This document shows positions 27,034 through 40,344 of a DNA stretch of 64,000 nucleotides, one piece after another. Below the pieces are notes generated by a model. It was not told the DNA's origin. It was given only the letters and a program-made list of their open reading frames with translations, and searched no databases. The stretch covers positions 620,001 through 684,000 of the forward strand of contig NC_043025.1 of assembly GCF_006345805.1 (NCBI RefSeq), written 5' to 3'. The number at the start of each line of letters is the position of its first letter. Within the stretch, counting starts at the first letter, position 1. The stretch comes from Octopus sinensis (Eukaryota). The position numbers and the translations under genes were made by a program.

Positions 27034-28372
27034 ATTTGCCAATAGGGCCGGCATATGGGAGAAGATACAGTAGAAAATGCGGTGAGAGCTGGCAGAATCT
27101 TCAGTACGTCGGGCGAAATGCTTAGCGGTATTTCTTCTGCCGTTACCTTCTGAGTTCAAATTCCCCCGAGGTCGACTTTGCCTTTCATACTTTCGGGGTC
27201 GATTAAAGAAGTACCAGTTACGCACTGTGATCGATATAATCGAATTAATCCGTTTGTCTGTCCTTGTTTGGCCTCTCTGTGTTTAGCCCCTTGTGGGTAG
27301 TAAAGAAACAGGACACAGTAGACATGAACACTGGAGATTTAACGCAGAGACAACGAGTACACAGTTAAAAGAATAACAATGATATCCGACCAAAGAATAT
27401 AACAATGAAAGTTGGTAATAGGTGCAGGTAATCCCCTGGAGTTGGCTCAGGTACCCCCACCCCAATCCTGAACCACTCGACGCTTCGAGGGCATCTGGGA
27501 AGAGCACTCTCCTCCCTCTCAAATTCACTAGCCCAAAGGCGTGTTATTAGAGTAGGTCCACTCACACGTACCCTTTTCTCTGTTCATCCACCTTTTGGCA
27601 AATGTACTGGGAGGCAGCACTTCACTCTGCACCCTCATCTTCCTTTCCAAAGGAAATTTGAAAAAGGTGACCCGTGATTGGCCGTAGAGAAAAGTCTCTG
27701 TCTTTAGTCCGTTTAACCTGGTCCACAATACAGCCTCTTTCGCTACTGCTATTAGACTGATGGAAAGCGGCTGATCGATCTTCACTACGGACTCGGCCGA
27801 TAGATAGAACCACCCTACACGTGATAACAGCTGTTCAACATAACTCCACATGTCAGTAATGCAAGGACACTGGACGAGTGCGTGCAGAATGATTTCATAG
27901 CTCTGCGCACATGTCGGGTAGGTCGGTCAGACAGCACTTCCGTGCTTGTAGAGTTTATCTCGAACCGGCAGTGCCCCCCGACAGCACTGCAAAACAAGGG
28001 ACTTCTAGAAGTTATCCATCATCCCCGTCTTGAAAGTCCTTCTCAACAGACTGATTAGTTCAATTTTGTCAACGCCTAACGTCTCTCCAAGTGCTTCATC
28101 GCACTTTCCCTCCACTAACCCTCCATAGAACTTCAGAGTGGATTTTCCACTGATCGCATTGCCCACCTGGTAGAGGACAGTGAGTGCCTAGCAACATTCC
28201 AGATGCCAGTAACTCTTCCTCGGTCTCTTCTTTACCCAGGACTGCAGCTTACTCAAGGAAATGAGTTGTGGAAAAGCCTGTTTGACAAACGATGACCACA
28301 CCTGTTCACCATTTAGGCAGAATGTTTGGAGATGCCGCAGCCCCAGTTCATGTCTTCCAAAGCATGCCCAGT
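27034..28372 (-). mobile_element. Tx1/L1-clade LINE lineage 2, decayed 3' part (paralogs 38132..39495, 45115..45675, 56581..57553, 59735..61055)
   Basis: MWSYVEQLLSRVG..LSAESVVKI..AKEAVLWTRL..GQSLVNFFKF..KRW is homologous to ORF 63173..63673; 3' end GCCCTATTGGCAAA(TAA)n. Confidence 0.8.
27079..27310 (+). mobile_element. SINE family B with Tx1-like tail inserted in the lineage 2 3' UTR (paralogs 38176..38407, 44962..45114, 56625..56856, 59779..60012)
   Basis: Same head and tail as the 7274 copy; TSD GATACAGTAGA is exact at 38161..38171 / 38409..38419. Confidence 0.85.
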
Positions 28373-29225
28373 GTTCCGGAAATCGGAAAGCGAAAGCACA
28401 AAAACGAAAATGGGAAAAGGGAAAAGTAAAAACAGCATTTAAGAGTTCTCCTCGTTAGATCTTGAATTATAAGGCTAAAAAGATATCAAAAATTTAATCA
28501 AGAAAAGACGGAATTTTTCAGTTCTTCAAAATATATTTATACTTGACAACGACTGAAAATTTCCGACCTAGAGTCCAATAGAGAATTAAGCATCTTAGAT
28601 CTGAACAGGATATGCACTCTTTCAGCTTAACAATGTTTATATTTATTCGATCCATTCACATAAGTTATGGATTCTCAATTACTTCCCATCCAGTCACATG
28701 TGGTGTTTCGTTTTCTTCCAAACTTAGCCACTTTCGTAGCTTTACTTTTGGCCTATGTCGGAAGGGGATTATGTGATTGGCATAACGACTTTAAAATTCA
28801 CCTTTAAATAAGCAAAGAATAAAAGAATAAAAGATTGTGTGTGTGTGTGTGTGTACATGCATACAAAAATACACCCACATACGCACGGATATGTACATAA
28901 GCGCGCACACACACACTCATAGGCGTATGGATTATTGTTTCGGTAAGTTGTGTCCACGAGAAAGACACTTCCAGTGCTCTCATCTGAAAAGCACCAGCAT
29001 TAACCAGGGGTTAACATTGCGACAGACTGGTATCCGGTGTGTTGTATCCTTGTATGTTGAAATACGTTCGATACCGAGATATACTGGGGGCCTAATGAGC
29101 CTGTAGATCAGGCAGAGAATTTAGCTTAGAAAATGCTTTAATATAGACATTTAGGCATGCGCAGTCAAGTGTTTGTGTAACGTTTATGGAGGAAAAGTCG
29201 ATATGAATATGACAAAAAAAGAAAC

Positions 29226-29320
29226 ACCGTATTTACCGGTGTATAAGCCGCTATTTTTTACCTGGGAAATTTAGTGTGCCGCTTAGAGAAAGGTGCGCCT
29301 AATGTGTGTAACTTTTTTTA
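29226..29320. mobile_element. Possible pogo/Tc2-type DNA transposon terminus (paralog at about 46400)
   Basis: CCGTATTTACCGGTGTATAAGCCGC resembles pogo-group TIRs; partner TIR not found. Confidence 0.4.
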
Positions 29321-29919
29321 TAGTTCCAGGAGGAAAATAATTTGTGTATGGAGATCGAATGATTCCACTGATTTTTTTGGAGGAAAGGTCGGTCGATGAA
29401 GACTATTGCTACAGGCATTGGTGCCTGGAAGAAAACAAAGCACAGTTTTTTTTTAACTTCATGTTTTGATAATGTTTTTTTTTATCCAATAAAGAATTTA
29501 ATATTGACGGAAGGTGTTTGTTGCTGATTATAGTAAGATAAAATAAAAAAAATCAACAATACATCTCAAAGTTGAAGAATAAAACATTTTGAAAATACAT
29601 ACACATCAACAACAACAAAGCTAGCAGCGGTCACGTGGCTCCATAAGTCTTTATAAAACACCGGTAGGCTTTATGTGTGGATAAAAACCAAAATTTTCCC
29701 CAAAATCCCAAGCTAAACTTCACAATACAATAATACAAACATTAATAAGCCACCTCAATTGTATAATACTAATCTTAAGCCAACATTCTACAACCCTGTC
29801 AACGAGACGACAAATATTAGTTCCATTACAACCTCTCAATCCGATACTAATATAAATCCCAATTTAGATTCTCCCCACTAACAACAAACCAACCAACATC
29901 AACATTACTAATAGTGAAC

Positions 29920-30325
29920 CCCAACCACTTGCAACTGTCGCGCTTCTGAAATATATGGTATGCAGACACCTGTCTCCTCAAAAGCGTAATCTATAAGTGC
30001 CACGTGATGACCACATGCACCCACCAGGCAAGGGTGTATATTAATGGCACTGAGGATTTTCAATGTCGTTGTCGTGCTCATATGTATTCTTTCACTAATC
30101 CCGAATCTAAACTATTTCAATCTTTAGCAACACACATATACAACCTCAATTCAAAACAATGTCCAACACGCTCTATCGTGGTCCTAGTATGTGAGCTTCC
30201 CTCTACAACACAAATATAGGTAAATGTATGTATGTATAAAAGGGTCATTAACTATCTTCGCCTCCACAACTCCTCACTGTTAAATTCTCTGACGTTATTT
30301 TTTATCGTAAGCATAAAAACTGCCC
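29920..30325 (+). pseudogene. Decayed GIY-YIG endonuclease of a Penelope-like element (partial paralog 46842..47142)
   Basis: Across frames: CNCR..CLLKSVIYKCHV..RVYINGTEDFQCR..HMYSFTNP..SLATHIYNL..YNTNIGKC..LLNS..RKHK, matching the PLE endonuclease layout. Confidence 0.7.
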
Positions 30326-30457
30326 GACATTCATGCACTTCCCTAATTCCAAATAAATAAAGCTGTAATGTAAAACAAGTGTCAACCTGACAATCGACAA
30401 GTGAACACATTCCAAATAGCAAATATGTGTGTGTGTGTCTATGTATACATATGTATG

Positions 30458-30511
<54 letters not shown>

Positions 30512-31556
30512 CATATGCAATACATATGAAATATCCAAAATTGCATTTACAAATACATAATATAACATACAAGCTCTTACATACCTTACATGCAGACACA
30601 ACACACATATACGCACAATATATATACATATAAACTCCTACATTAATACACAGTATTAAACATTAAGTAGTCAGCATATATATATAGATACCTACAGAAA
30701 TATAAATATATATAACACGCATCCCAAATTTATTCCATGTATTATGATCAATCGATTTTTCATCCTCCTCTCAGCCTCCTAAATCTCTCCAACACACATC
30801 ACAAATTTCTTCAAATTTTTGCTTTTCAACCGTCTCTACTCTCATTTGACCCTTCTCGGCTTCAAACAATAATTAACAAAAGTCAAATACTAAGAAAAAT
30901 ACCGACCCGATTTTTTGTACTACTAACATTCTTAACCACTCCCTCGTACCTGAAAAGTGTCCTTAAAAAATACCCCACGTAATTTGAGATGGAATTGTGT
31001 TTCATTATTGTACAAGCTAGAAGGGGATACTCCTTCAACATTCAGATGAATACTTATTTATTCACATCGTTTAAAATTAAACATACGTTATCTTCTAGCT
31101 TTGAGATTTTGATTATGTGATTGCTTACTTTTAGAATAACTTTGCATGGTGGTTGTGAAAGGGCTAATGTGTTCAGTTTCAACAGAAAACAGGAAGAATA
31201 TTTGGGCCCGACGTGGCCAGTGCCAATGCTAATGGGTTAACTGAAAATTACTGAAGAAAAATAAAAGCATAAAAAAACATTTTAGGTAATTTGGGGACGC
31301 AAATTTATGAAGTCTTAAGGGTGGAGAACCTTTTTATCTCATCCTTAATGCCGTTGAGGAGACTGGACAATGGCCAATAGAAGGCCGATATAATATAATG
31401 AAAATCGTAACTTACCAATAAAGTGCTGTTAGTCTCTGTTCGTAAGAGGTAGTGAATGTTTATATATATCTATATATATATATATGTGCGCATATATATA
31501 TATTGCGTCATTTGTTTATTTACCATACATTTTGTCATTGAAGTAGCACACAATTA

Positions 31557-31622
<66 letters not shown>

Positions 31623-32233
31623 ATAGATTGGCGTCTTTATTTCTCATTATATGAATCCGATATGAAAAGTTTGCGTCAGCAGTCAAAGATGGGCGTTGAT
31701 AGTGGAAGAGTGTAAATGAGAGAGGGGAAAGAAAGTGATAGAAAGAGAGAGAGAGAGAGGGAGGGAGAAAGAAGAAAAAGAGGGTTTTGTGTGTGTGTCT
31801 GTGTGTGTGTGTGTTTATGTGTGTGTGTGTGTTTGTGTGATGCTATTAGCTACATAACCATGTACTAAGGATTTGGTGAGATTGATACATTTTAATTCCC
31901 TTCACTTACTCAGTATACCCTGCTTCTTCCCCGACATTAGCATTCCAGCAGAAATGGAGAAATGAAAATTATGTCACTGTCTGGTGTTGCATGTGTGTAT
32001 GTATGTGTGTGTGTGTATATGCGTCACTGCATGAGACTGTTTACATCCGCGTAACTGAAATTAACTTGAAATAATCTAAGTACTATTTTACAAATTGTGA
32101 TATCTCGTGTGTGTGTGTTGTGTGGTGTATATATGTATATATATATATATATAATCACGCACACACAGTAATCAGAATTATATAAACGTATATATTCATG
32201 TATTTGTATATATATATATATATTATATATATA

Positions 32234-32285
<52 letters not shown>

Positions 32286-32460
32286 TAGGTGAATGAATTA
32301 TTCTAGCATGGAAAATTCGTTTAACCGATACCTGGGTAGCAAATTCACGTCGGAAAACACAGTTGAAGTGACCTGTCAAGGGTAGAAACTCGGGTTCTTG
32401 TGTGCAAATTTGTGTTATTTATATGAATAAATGAAAGAATGGAGTCGAACGAGGTTTTTA

Positions 32461-32542
32461 CTCTCGACACATGTTTCGAAGACGCATAATTTTAATTCCG
32501 AAGGAATAAATGGTGCATTATGCCATCTTCTCATCAGGAAAG
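32461..32542 (-). ncRNA. Type I hammerhead ribozyme (Penelope-type)
   Basis: CTTTC-CTGATGA-GAAGA..TCTTC-GAAA-CATGT-GTC-GAGAG; intact core and minimal helix III. Confidence 0.8.
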
Positions 32543-33549
32543 ATTAAGAGCCTCTTTCAGCCACAAGACGAACAAAATTTTTGATGATTGCTACATGGTG
32601 ACCACAGTGACAATGAGTGTTTTTTTTAAATAATCCGTTATAAGCAATGACTTAAAAAATGGGTAGAAGGAGGGAGTAGTAAAAATAGGTAGGGGACAAT
32701 ATGTATGCTGTATGTATGATGATGTACGGGTGTGTGCTTGTGTTAATGATTGCGAGTGATTGTGTATGTGTATGATGTGTAATAAACTGCATTTGTGTCT
32801 GTGTGTGTATGTGTTATTGTGTGTGTGAGGTAGACAAACGTCAAATACACTTAGTAGTAAGGTGTGAAATTTGTGTCTGTGTGTTTGATCGTGCGTGTTA
32901 TAGAGAGGGATATATATATATACATACGTCAAAGAAAGTTAGTAGCTATGGAACATAAAATCGTTTAAAAGCGGCATTAACCGGAAATGATTAAAATATT
33001 GTTATACGATCAGACGATAGATTTTTCATCTGTTAGAATCATCTCACTTTTGCTCGATAACTATTGATCATCGATCTCTTCCCAAATACAATGTCAAAAG
33101 CCAACATTAAAATGAAGTACATTTCTAAATTCATTGTCATCCACCATTCTCTTCGTGAAGAATCTCTGAAGTTTAAGCTGGATGTGCTAGAAATAGCAAT
33201 CAAATATTTCCTGTGAGCAGACGATAGATTCATTTAACGATAGCGTCACTTCAGAAAATCAAGTTAGCAATAACGATAATAATTTAAATGGTATATATAA
33301 TGATTGACATGGAAGCAAACGATACAAATTCACTTAACAATAGTTCGTTTCAGAAAATTACGTTTGTGAAATAAAGTATATGATAGAGAAATGATAACAA
33401 TTCTGAAGAGGAATTAAAGGTTTTAGCAGCTTTAAAGTTATAGGAAAAAATTTTCGTTATCAAGTAACAATATTTTATACGAAAGAAGGATGACAGGCGA
33501 GGATTTTGTGGTGTGAAGGTTCTTCAATTGTATATGTCCTGGTCTGTGT

Positions 33550-33600
<51 letters not shown>

Positions 33601-33672
33601 TGCCTGTGTGTGTGTTATGCACTGAGATATATAATGATTATAATAATGGACACAATTATATTCCAAACTTCT

Positions 33673-34090
33673 ATAGGCGCGGGAGTGGCTGTGTGGTAAG
33701 TAGCTTGCTTACCAACCACATTGTTCCGGGTTCAGTCCCACTGCGTGGCACTTTAGGCGAGCGTCTTCTACTATAGCCTCGGGCCGATTAAAGACTTGTG
33801 AGTGGATTTAGTAGACGGAAACTGAAAGAAGCCCGTTGTATATATGCATATATATATTTCTATGTGTGTGTTTGTGTGTCAGTGTTTGTCCCGCCCCCCC
33901 CCCCCCAACATCGCTTGACAACCGATGCTGGTGTGTTTATGTCCCTGTAAGTTAGCGGTTCCGGAAAAGAGACCGATAAAAGAAGTACTAGGCTTACATG
34001 AATAAGTCCTTGGGTCGATTTACTCGACAAAAGGCGGTGCTCCAGCACGGCCACATTCAAATCACTGAAACAAGTAAAAGAGTAAAAGAG
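33673..34090 (+). mobile_element. SINE family A, full length (paralog 50661..51070; 3' fragments at 25920, 36976, 52636, 57552)
   Basis: GGCGCGGGAGTGGCTGTGTGGTAAGTAGC..GGTTCAGTCCC..CAAGTAAAAGAGTAAAAGAG. Confidence 0.88.
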
Positions 34091-34469
34091 AGAGAGAGAG
34101 AGCTCATCTGTACCCAAACCTTCAATAGTTTGATGTCCTATTTTCATAGGAGTGAGGGGAAGAGGGAGATGAAAACATGCAGGGGCCTCTAAACTGTTTA
34201 ACGTATTTGTATCTGAGAAAGTCTCCAGTATTCTTGATGCCTTCTGCAAAAAGTGAAAGATAAAAAAGGAAATTGAAAAAAAACTAATTGTCTTCCAGTA
34301 TCTGTGTGTGTGTCTGTGTGCGTGTGTGTGTGTGTGTTTGTGTGTGATGCAATGAGATACATAACCATGCCTATGAGTTTCTTTAATATAAAACTGAAGT
34401 GAATATTAATGATAATATTAAATGATAATATTAAATGACATAATTTCATTGTGAAGGAGGTTTAATCTT

Positions 34470-35540
34470 TAATGTTTTCAGTCTCGTCCACCACACTACT
34501 TGTTTAGCCACCGGGCAGAAGAAACTGCTTTTCCTTCCCGGCCTAAAGAAGGTGGCGGGGCGATCTTTACAATGAACTCGGCACGTAAACTGGATGGACG
34601 AGTGCATGCAGGACTATTTCATCGCCCTGCGCACACCCCCGACATATCCGTCCGACAACACTTTCGTAACTGTAGAGCTTGTCTTGAATGGGCAGAGCTC
34701 CCCGGTAGCACTGCCAGGCCAGGGATTTCTGGAAGTTAAGGACCAGTTAGTTGATTCCCTCCACCAACGCCCAGAATTTACCCCGATTTCGTCGTTGTTC
34801 TTTCCCCTCTACTAATCCCCTATAGAAATCCAAGGTGGAACTATCAACGCCCGCGTTGCCCGACAGGCAGAAAGCTGTGAGAGCTTGCCGACACTCCAGG
34901 TGCCAAGCGCCCTTTCTTGGCCAACGCTTGACTCAGTACTGTAGCTTCTTCAGTGAGACGAGCCGCAGAATGTCCCGTTTGACAAACAGTAAATCCCCTA
35001 TTCTCGCCGCTAAAGAAACGAAGGAGCTGTCGCAGTCTCAGCGCATGTCTGCGAATCATTACCAACGGCATGTCCAGTACTCCACTGAGAGGTTGTTGAC
35101 AGAAGATGGACCGTCTGATGAGCGGAACACATACCTTCTTTAGAAAGCGGAATAACAAACGCTCTAACTTTATCGGGCATGGGACTACATTCAGGCAGTC
35201 ATAGATGACGGAAGCGATGTACGCATTCGCCACCTCGACTCGACCCTTCACGAACAGCTTCCTCTCTGCCAATTTCTGGGTGAGATCGACTATCCTGTTC
35301 GTCACCTCCCACCCGTTGTTGTCCACCTCGAGGTCTACAGCAGACCAGACCCCAAGCAGTTTAACCTGTCTTTCCGTCTAGCGCCCTACAAACTGTCGGT
35401 TGGTATGGTTCTGCCTCTCCAACTGCCGATTTGCAGGCCCACCGACTTCTCTTGGATAAGCTTTGCCCCTATCAACGCTTCGTGGACAGTATTATGATGA
35501 CACAGTCCGTGTTAGCTGATACGAACATTCCACATCCTAA
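34470..35540 (-). mobile_element. Tx1/L1-clade LINE lineage 3, decayed internal fragment (paralogs 25300..25835, 43890..44220, 51470..52535, 58110..59185)
   Basis: ORF 34844..35326 WEVTNRIVDLTQKLAERKLFVKGRVEVANAYIAS..LERLLFRFL is homologous to ORF 42087..42674. Confidence 0.8.
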
Positions 35541-35618
35541 GACACACATATATACATATATATATATATATGTATTATATATATATATATATATAATATA
35601 CATATAATATATATATCT

Positions 35619-35718
<100 letters not shown>

Positions 35719-35868
35719 CCAATTAAGGACTGAACACGAAAAGTGGACAGTCAACATGCTAGATAAGACGTCAAATCGCCATTCTCCACAAAAAGTCTAT
35801 GTTCTCAGATCAAACTCAACCAAACCAAAACAATAAACAAGTGAAAAATATACGAAATAAATATTTAC

Positions 35869-35931
35869 CCATGTACTAAATTCAGTTTCGGCTGTTTTTC
35901 CGCAAGAAAAGTGCAGCCATCATCAGCATGG
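35869..35931 (-). ncRNA. Type I hammerhead ribozyme
   Basis: Reverse complement CCATG-CTGATGA-T-GGCTG..CAGCC-GAAA-CTGAATTTAG-TA-CATGG. Confidence 0.83.
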
Positions 35932-36628
35932 TCCCATATAAAATGTAATTTGCTGTACTAAATGCCAACACGATACCGAAATAACACGTGCATGGAGTAC
36001 GGCCTATTACATTTGAAATATATATTTCAAATGTCTTTATTTTGGCGCGATGAGACCCGAGAAAACTAGCCTGCAGCTAATAGTTAGCAGCAGTTAATTT
36101 ATCGGTTAGAGAACAAATATTTATATAAAATTAAATTAAGGGTAAAAATTGATATTTATCAATTAGAACCAGTGGTCTAGCATATTAAAGAAAGAATCCG
36201 AAGATTAAAATATTGTTTATTGTTTTGGTTTGGTGTTGAGTTTGATCTGAGAACATAGACTTTTTGTGGAGAATGGCGATTTGACGTCTATATCTAGCAT
36301 GTTGACTGTCCACTTTTCGTGTTCAGTGCTTAATTGGTATATATAAATATTTTAATCTTCGGATTCTTTCTTTAATATGCTAGACCACTGGTTCTAATTG
36401 ATAAATATCAATTTTTACCCTTAATTTAATTTTATATAAATATTTGTTCTCTAACCGATAAATTAACTGCTGCTAACTATTAGCTGCAGGCTAGTTTTCT
36501 CGGGTCTCATCGCGCCAAAATAAAGACATTTGAAATATATATTTCAAATGTAATAGGCCGTACTCCATGCACGCGTTATTTCGGTATCGTGTTGGCATTT
36601 AGTACAGCAAATTACATTTTATATGGGA

Positions 36629-36693
36629 CCATGCTGATGATGGCTGCACTTTTCCTGCGGAAAATAACAGCCGAAACTGAATTTAGTACATGG
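36629..36693 (+). ncRNA. Type I hammerhead ribozyme
   Basis: Helix I CCATG/CATGG, core CTGATGA (36634) and GAAA (36673), helix II GGCTG/CAGCC extended by TTTTC/GAAAA, predicted cleavage triplet GTA at 36686..36688. Confidence 0.85.
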
Positions 36694-36933
36694 GTAAATA
36701 TTTTTTCGTATATTTTTCACTTGTTTATTGTTTTGGTTTGGTGTTGAGTTTGATCTGAGAACATAGACTTTTTGTGGAGAATGGCGATTTGACGTCTATA
36801 TCTAGCATGTTGACTGTCCACTTTTCGTGTTCAGTCCTTAATTGGTATATATAAATATTTTAATCTTCGGATTCTTTCTTTAATATGCTAGACCACTGGT
36901 TCTAATTGATAAATATCAATTTTTACCCTTAAT

Positions 36934-36978
<45 letters not shown>

Positions 36979-37732
36979 CGGTTCGGCAAAATGGACCGAT
37001 AGAATAAGTACTGGGCTTACAAATAATAAGTCCCGGGGTTGATTTGCTCGACTAAAGGCGGTGCTCCAGCATGGCCGCAGTCAAATGACTGAAACAAGTG
37101 AAAGATTTAAAAGTGTATTTTATATATATATATATATATATATGGCATCTGTATTTCTAATTATTTATTTCGGTTTGAAAAGTTTCAGTCAGCAGTTTAG
37201 ATGATTGGCGGTGGAAGTGGAAGAGTTTGAAATGAGAGAGTGGGGAGAGGGAGCGATAGAAGAGAGAGAGGGGAAAGAAGAGGAGGAGAGTTGATGTGTA
37301 CGATTGTGAGTGTGAGTTGTGTGTCTGTGTGTGTGATGCAATTAGATACACAACCCTGCCTAGCTTTTCTTTATATGAAACTGAAGGGAATATCACATTA
37401 CGATTGCATTAATGACATAATTTTATTGTAAAGAAGTGAGTGAAAAGTTTAGCCGGAAAAAATTCCAATAATAATATTATAATAATAATAATAATATTAT
37501 AATAATATAATAATAATAATAATAATAATAATATAATAATAATAATAATATTAATATATTTTTTTTTATTTATTTATTTATTTTTTATGTATTAGACATT
37601 CACTAGTACAACACCAAAAAAAAATAAAAAACCCAGATATATGGCACAGAACTTCCAACCTGTTGCCTCTTGAGGTCTCTGGGTGAGACTTGGAGCCAAC
37701 TTGTACGGACATAAAGCAAAAGTCAAACATAG

Positions 37733-37764
<32 letters not shown>

Positions 37765-37865
37765 TAATAATATAATAATACTATTAATAATAATATAATA
37801 ATATATATATTAATATTAATAATAAAAGATAATAATACAATAATAATAATAAAAATAATAATAAT

Positions 37866-37898
<33 letters not shown>

Positions 37899-37919
37899 CA
37901 TTATCATTATTATTATTAA

Positions 37920-37953
<34 letters not shown>

Positions 37954-38043
37954 ATAATTATAATTATTTTTATAATAATAATTATTATAATAATAATGAT
38001 AATTATTATTATTATTATTACTATTATTATTAATATTAGTATT

Positions 38044-38133
<90 letters not shown>

Positions 38134-40344
38134 TGCCAATAGGGTCGGCATATGGGAGAAGATACAGTAGAAAATGCGGTGAGAGCTGGCAGAATCTTCA
38201 GTACGTCGAGCGAAATGCTTAGCGGTATTTCTTCTGCCGTTTCCTTCTGAGTTCAAATTCCCTCGAGGTCGACTTTGCCTTTCATCCTTTCGGGGTTGAT
38301 TAAAGAAGTACCAGTTACGCACTGTGGTCGATATAATCGACTTACTCCGTTTGTCTGTCCTTGTTTGTCCTCTCTGTGTTTAGCCCCTTGTGGGTAGTAA
38401 AGAAACAGGATACAGTAGACATGGACAGTGGGGATTTCACGCAGAGACAACGAGTACACAGTTAAAAGATTAACAATGATATCTGACAAAAGAATATAAC
38501 AATGAAATTTTGTAATAGGTGCAGTTAATCCCCTGGAGTTGGCTCAGGTACCCACACCCCAATCCTGAACCACTCGACGCTTCGAGAGCATCTGGGAAGG
38601 GCACTCTCCTCCCTTTCAAATTCACGAGCCCACAGGTACGTTACTAGAGTAGGTCCTCTCACACGTACCATTTTCTCTGTTCATCCACCTTTTGGCAAAT
38701 GTACTGGGAGGCAGCACTTCACTCTGCACCCTCATCTTCCTTTCCAAAGGAAATTAAAAAAATATGACCCGTGATTGGCCGTAGAGAAAACTCTCTGCCT
38801 TTAGTCAGTTTAACCTGGTCCGCAATACAGCCACTTTCGCTACTGCTATTAGACAGAAGTTAATTGCCTGACCTTCCAGACTGATGGAAAGTGGCTGATC
38901 GATCTTCACTACGGACTCGGCCGATAGATAGAAACTGCCTACACTTAATAACAGCTTTTCAACATAACTCCACAAGTCAGTAATGCAAGGACACTGACGA
39001 GTGCGTGCAGAACGCTTTCATCGCTCTGCGCATATCTCGGGTAGGTCGGTCAGACAGCAATTCCGTGCTTGTAGAGTTTATCTCGATCCGGCAGTGCCCC
39101 CCGATAGCACTGCAAAGCAAGGGACTTCTAGAAGTTATCCATTATCCCCGTCTTGAAAGTCCTCCTCAACAGACTGGTTAGTTCAATTTTGTCAACGCCT
39201 AGCGTCTCTCCAAGTGCTTCATCGCACATTCCCTCCACTAACCCTCCATAGAACTTCAGAGTGGATTTTCCACTGATCGCATTGCCCACCTGGTAGAGGA
39301 CAGTGAGTGCCTAGCAACATTCCAGATGCCAGTAACCCTTCCTCGGTCTCTTCTTGACCCACGACTGCAGCTTACTCAAGGAGATGAGATGTGGAAAAGC
39401 CTGTTTGACAAACGATGACCACACCTGTTCACCGTTTACGCAGAATATTTGGAGGTGCCGCAGCCCCAGTTCATGTCTTCCACAGCATGCCCAGTGTTCC
39501 GGAAATCGGAAAGCGAAAGCACAAAAACGAAAATTTGAAAAGGGAAAAGTAAAAACAGCATTTAAGAGTTCTCCTTTTCAGACCTTGAATTATAAGGCTA
39601 ATAAAATATCAAAAATCTAATCAAGAATAGACGGAATTTTTCAGATCTTCAAAATATATTTATACTTGACAACGACTGAAAATTCCAGACCTAGAGTCCA
39701 ATAGAGAATTAAGCATCTTAGATCTGAACAGGATATGCACTCTTTCAGCTAAACAATGTTTATATTTATTCGATCCTTTCACATAAGTTATGGATTCACA
39801 ATTACTTCCCATCCAGTCACATGTGGTGTTTCGTTTTCTTCCAAACTTAGCCACTTTTGTAGCTTTTCTTTTGGCCTATATCGGAAGGGGATTATGTGAT
39901 TGGCATAACGACTTTAAAATTCACCTTTAAATAAACAAAAGAATAAAAGAATAAAAGATTATGTGTGTGTGTGTGTACATGCATACAAAAATACACCCAC
40001 ATACGCACGGATATGTACATAAGCGCGCACACACACACATTTATGCGTATGGACTATTGTTTCGGTAAGTTGTGTCCACGAGAAAGACACTTCCAGTGCT
40101 CTCATCTGAAAAGTACCAGCATTAACCAGGGGTTAACATTGCGACAGACTGGTATCCGGTGTGTTGTATCCTTGTGTGTTGAAATACGTTCGATACCGAG
40201 ATATACTGGGGGCCTAATGAGCCTGTAGATCAGGCAGAGAATTTAGCTTAGAAAATAGTTTAATGTAGACATTTAGGCATGCGCAGTGAAGTGTTTCTGT
40301 AACGTTTATGGAGGAAAAGTCGATATGAATATGACAAAAAAAGA

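Larger units (their letters stand above)
28490..35540. repeat. ~7-kb segmental duplication, paralogous to 45680..52540
   Basis: Colinear near-identity at about 17-kb offset; about 29680..30025 is missing from the second copy. Confidence 0.92.

Noticed and set aside
36213-36945. LTR retrotransposon or CRISPR-like interpretation of the direct repeats
   Set aside because: No TG..CA ends, PBS or PPT; the repeats are a contiguous partial tandem, not repeat-spacer units
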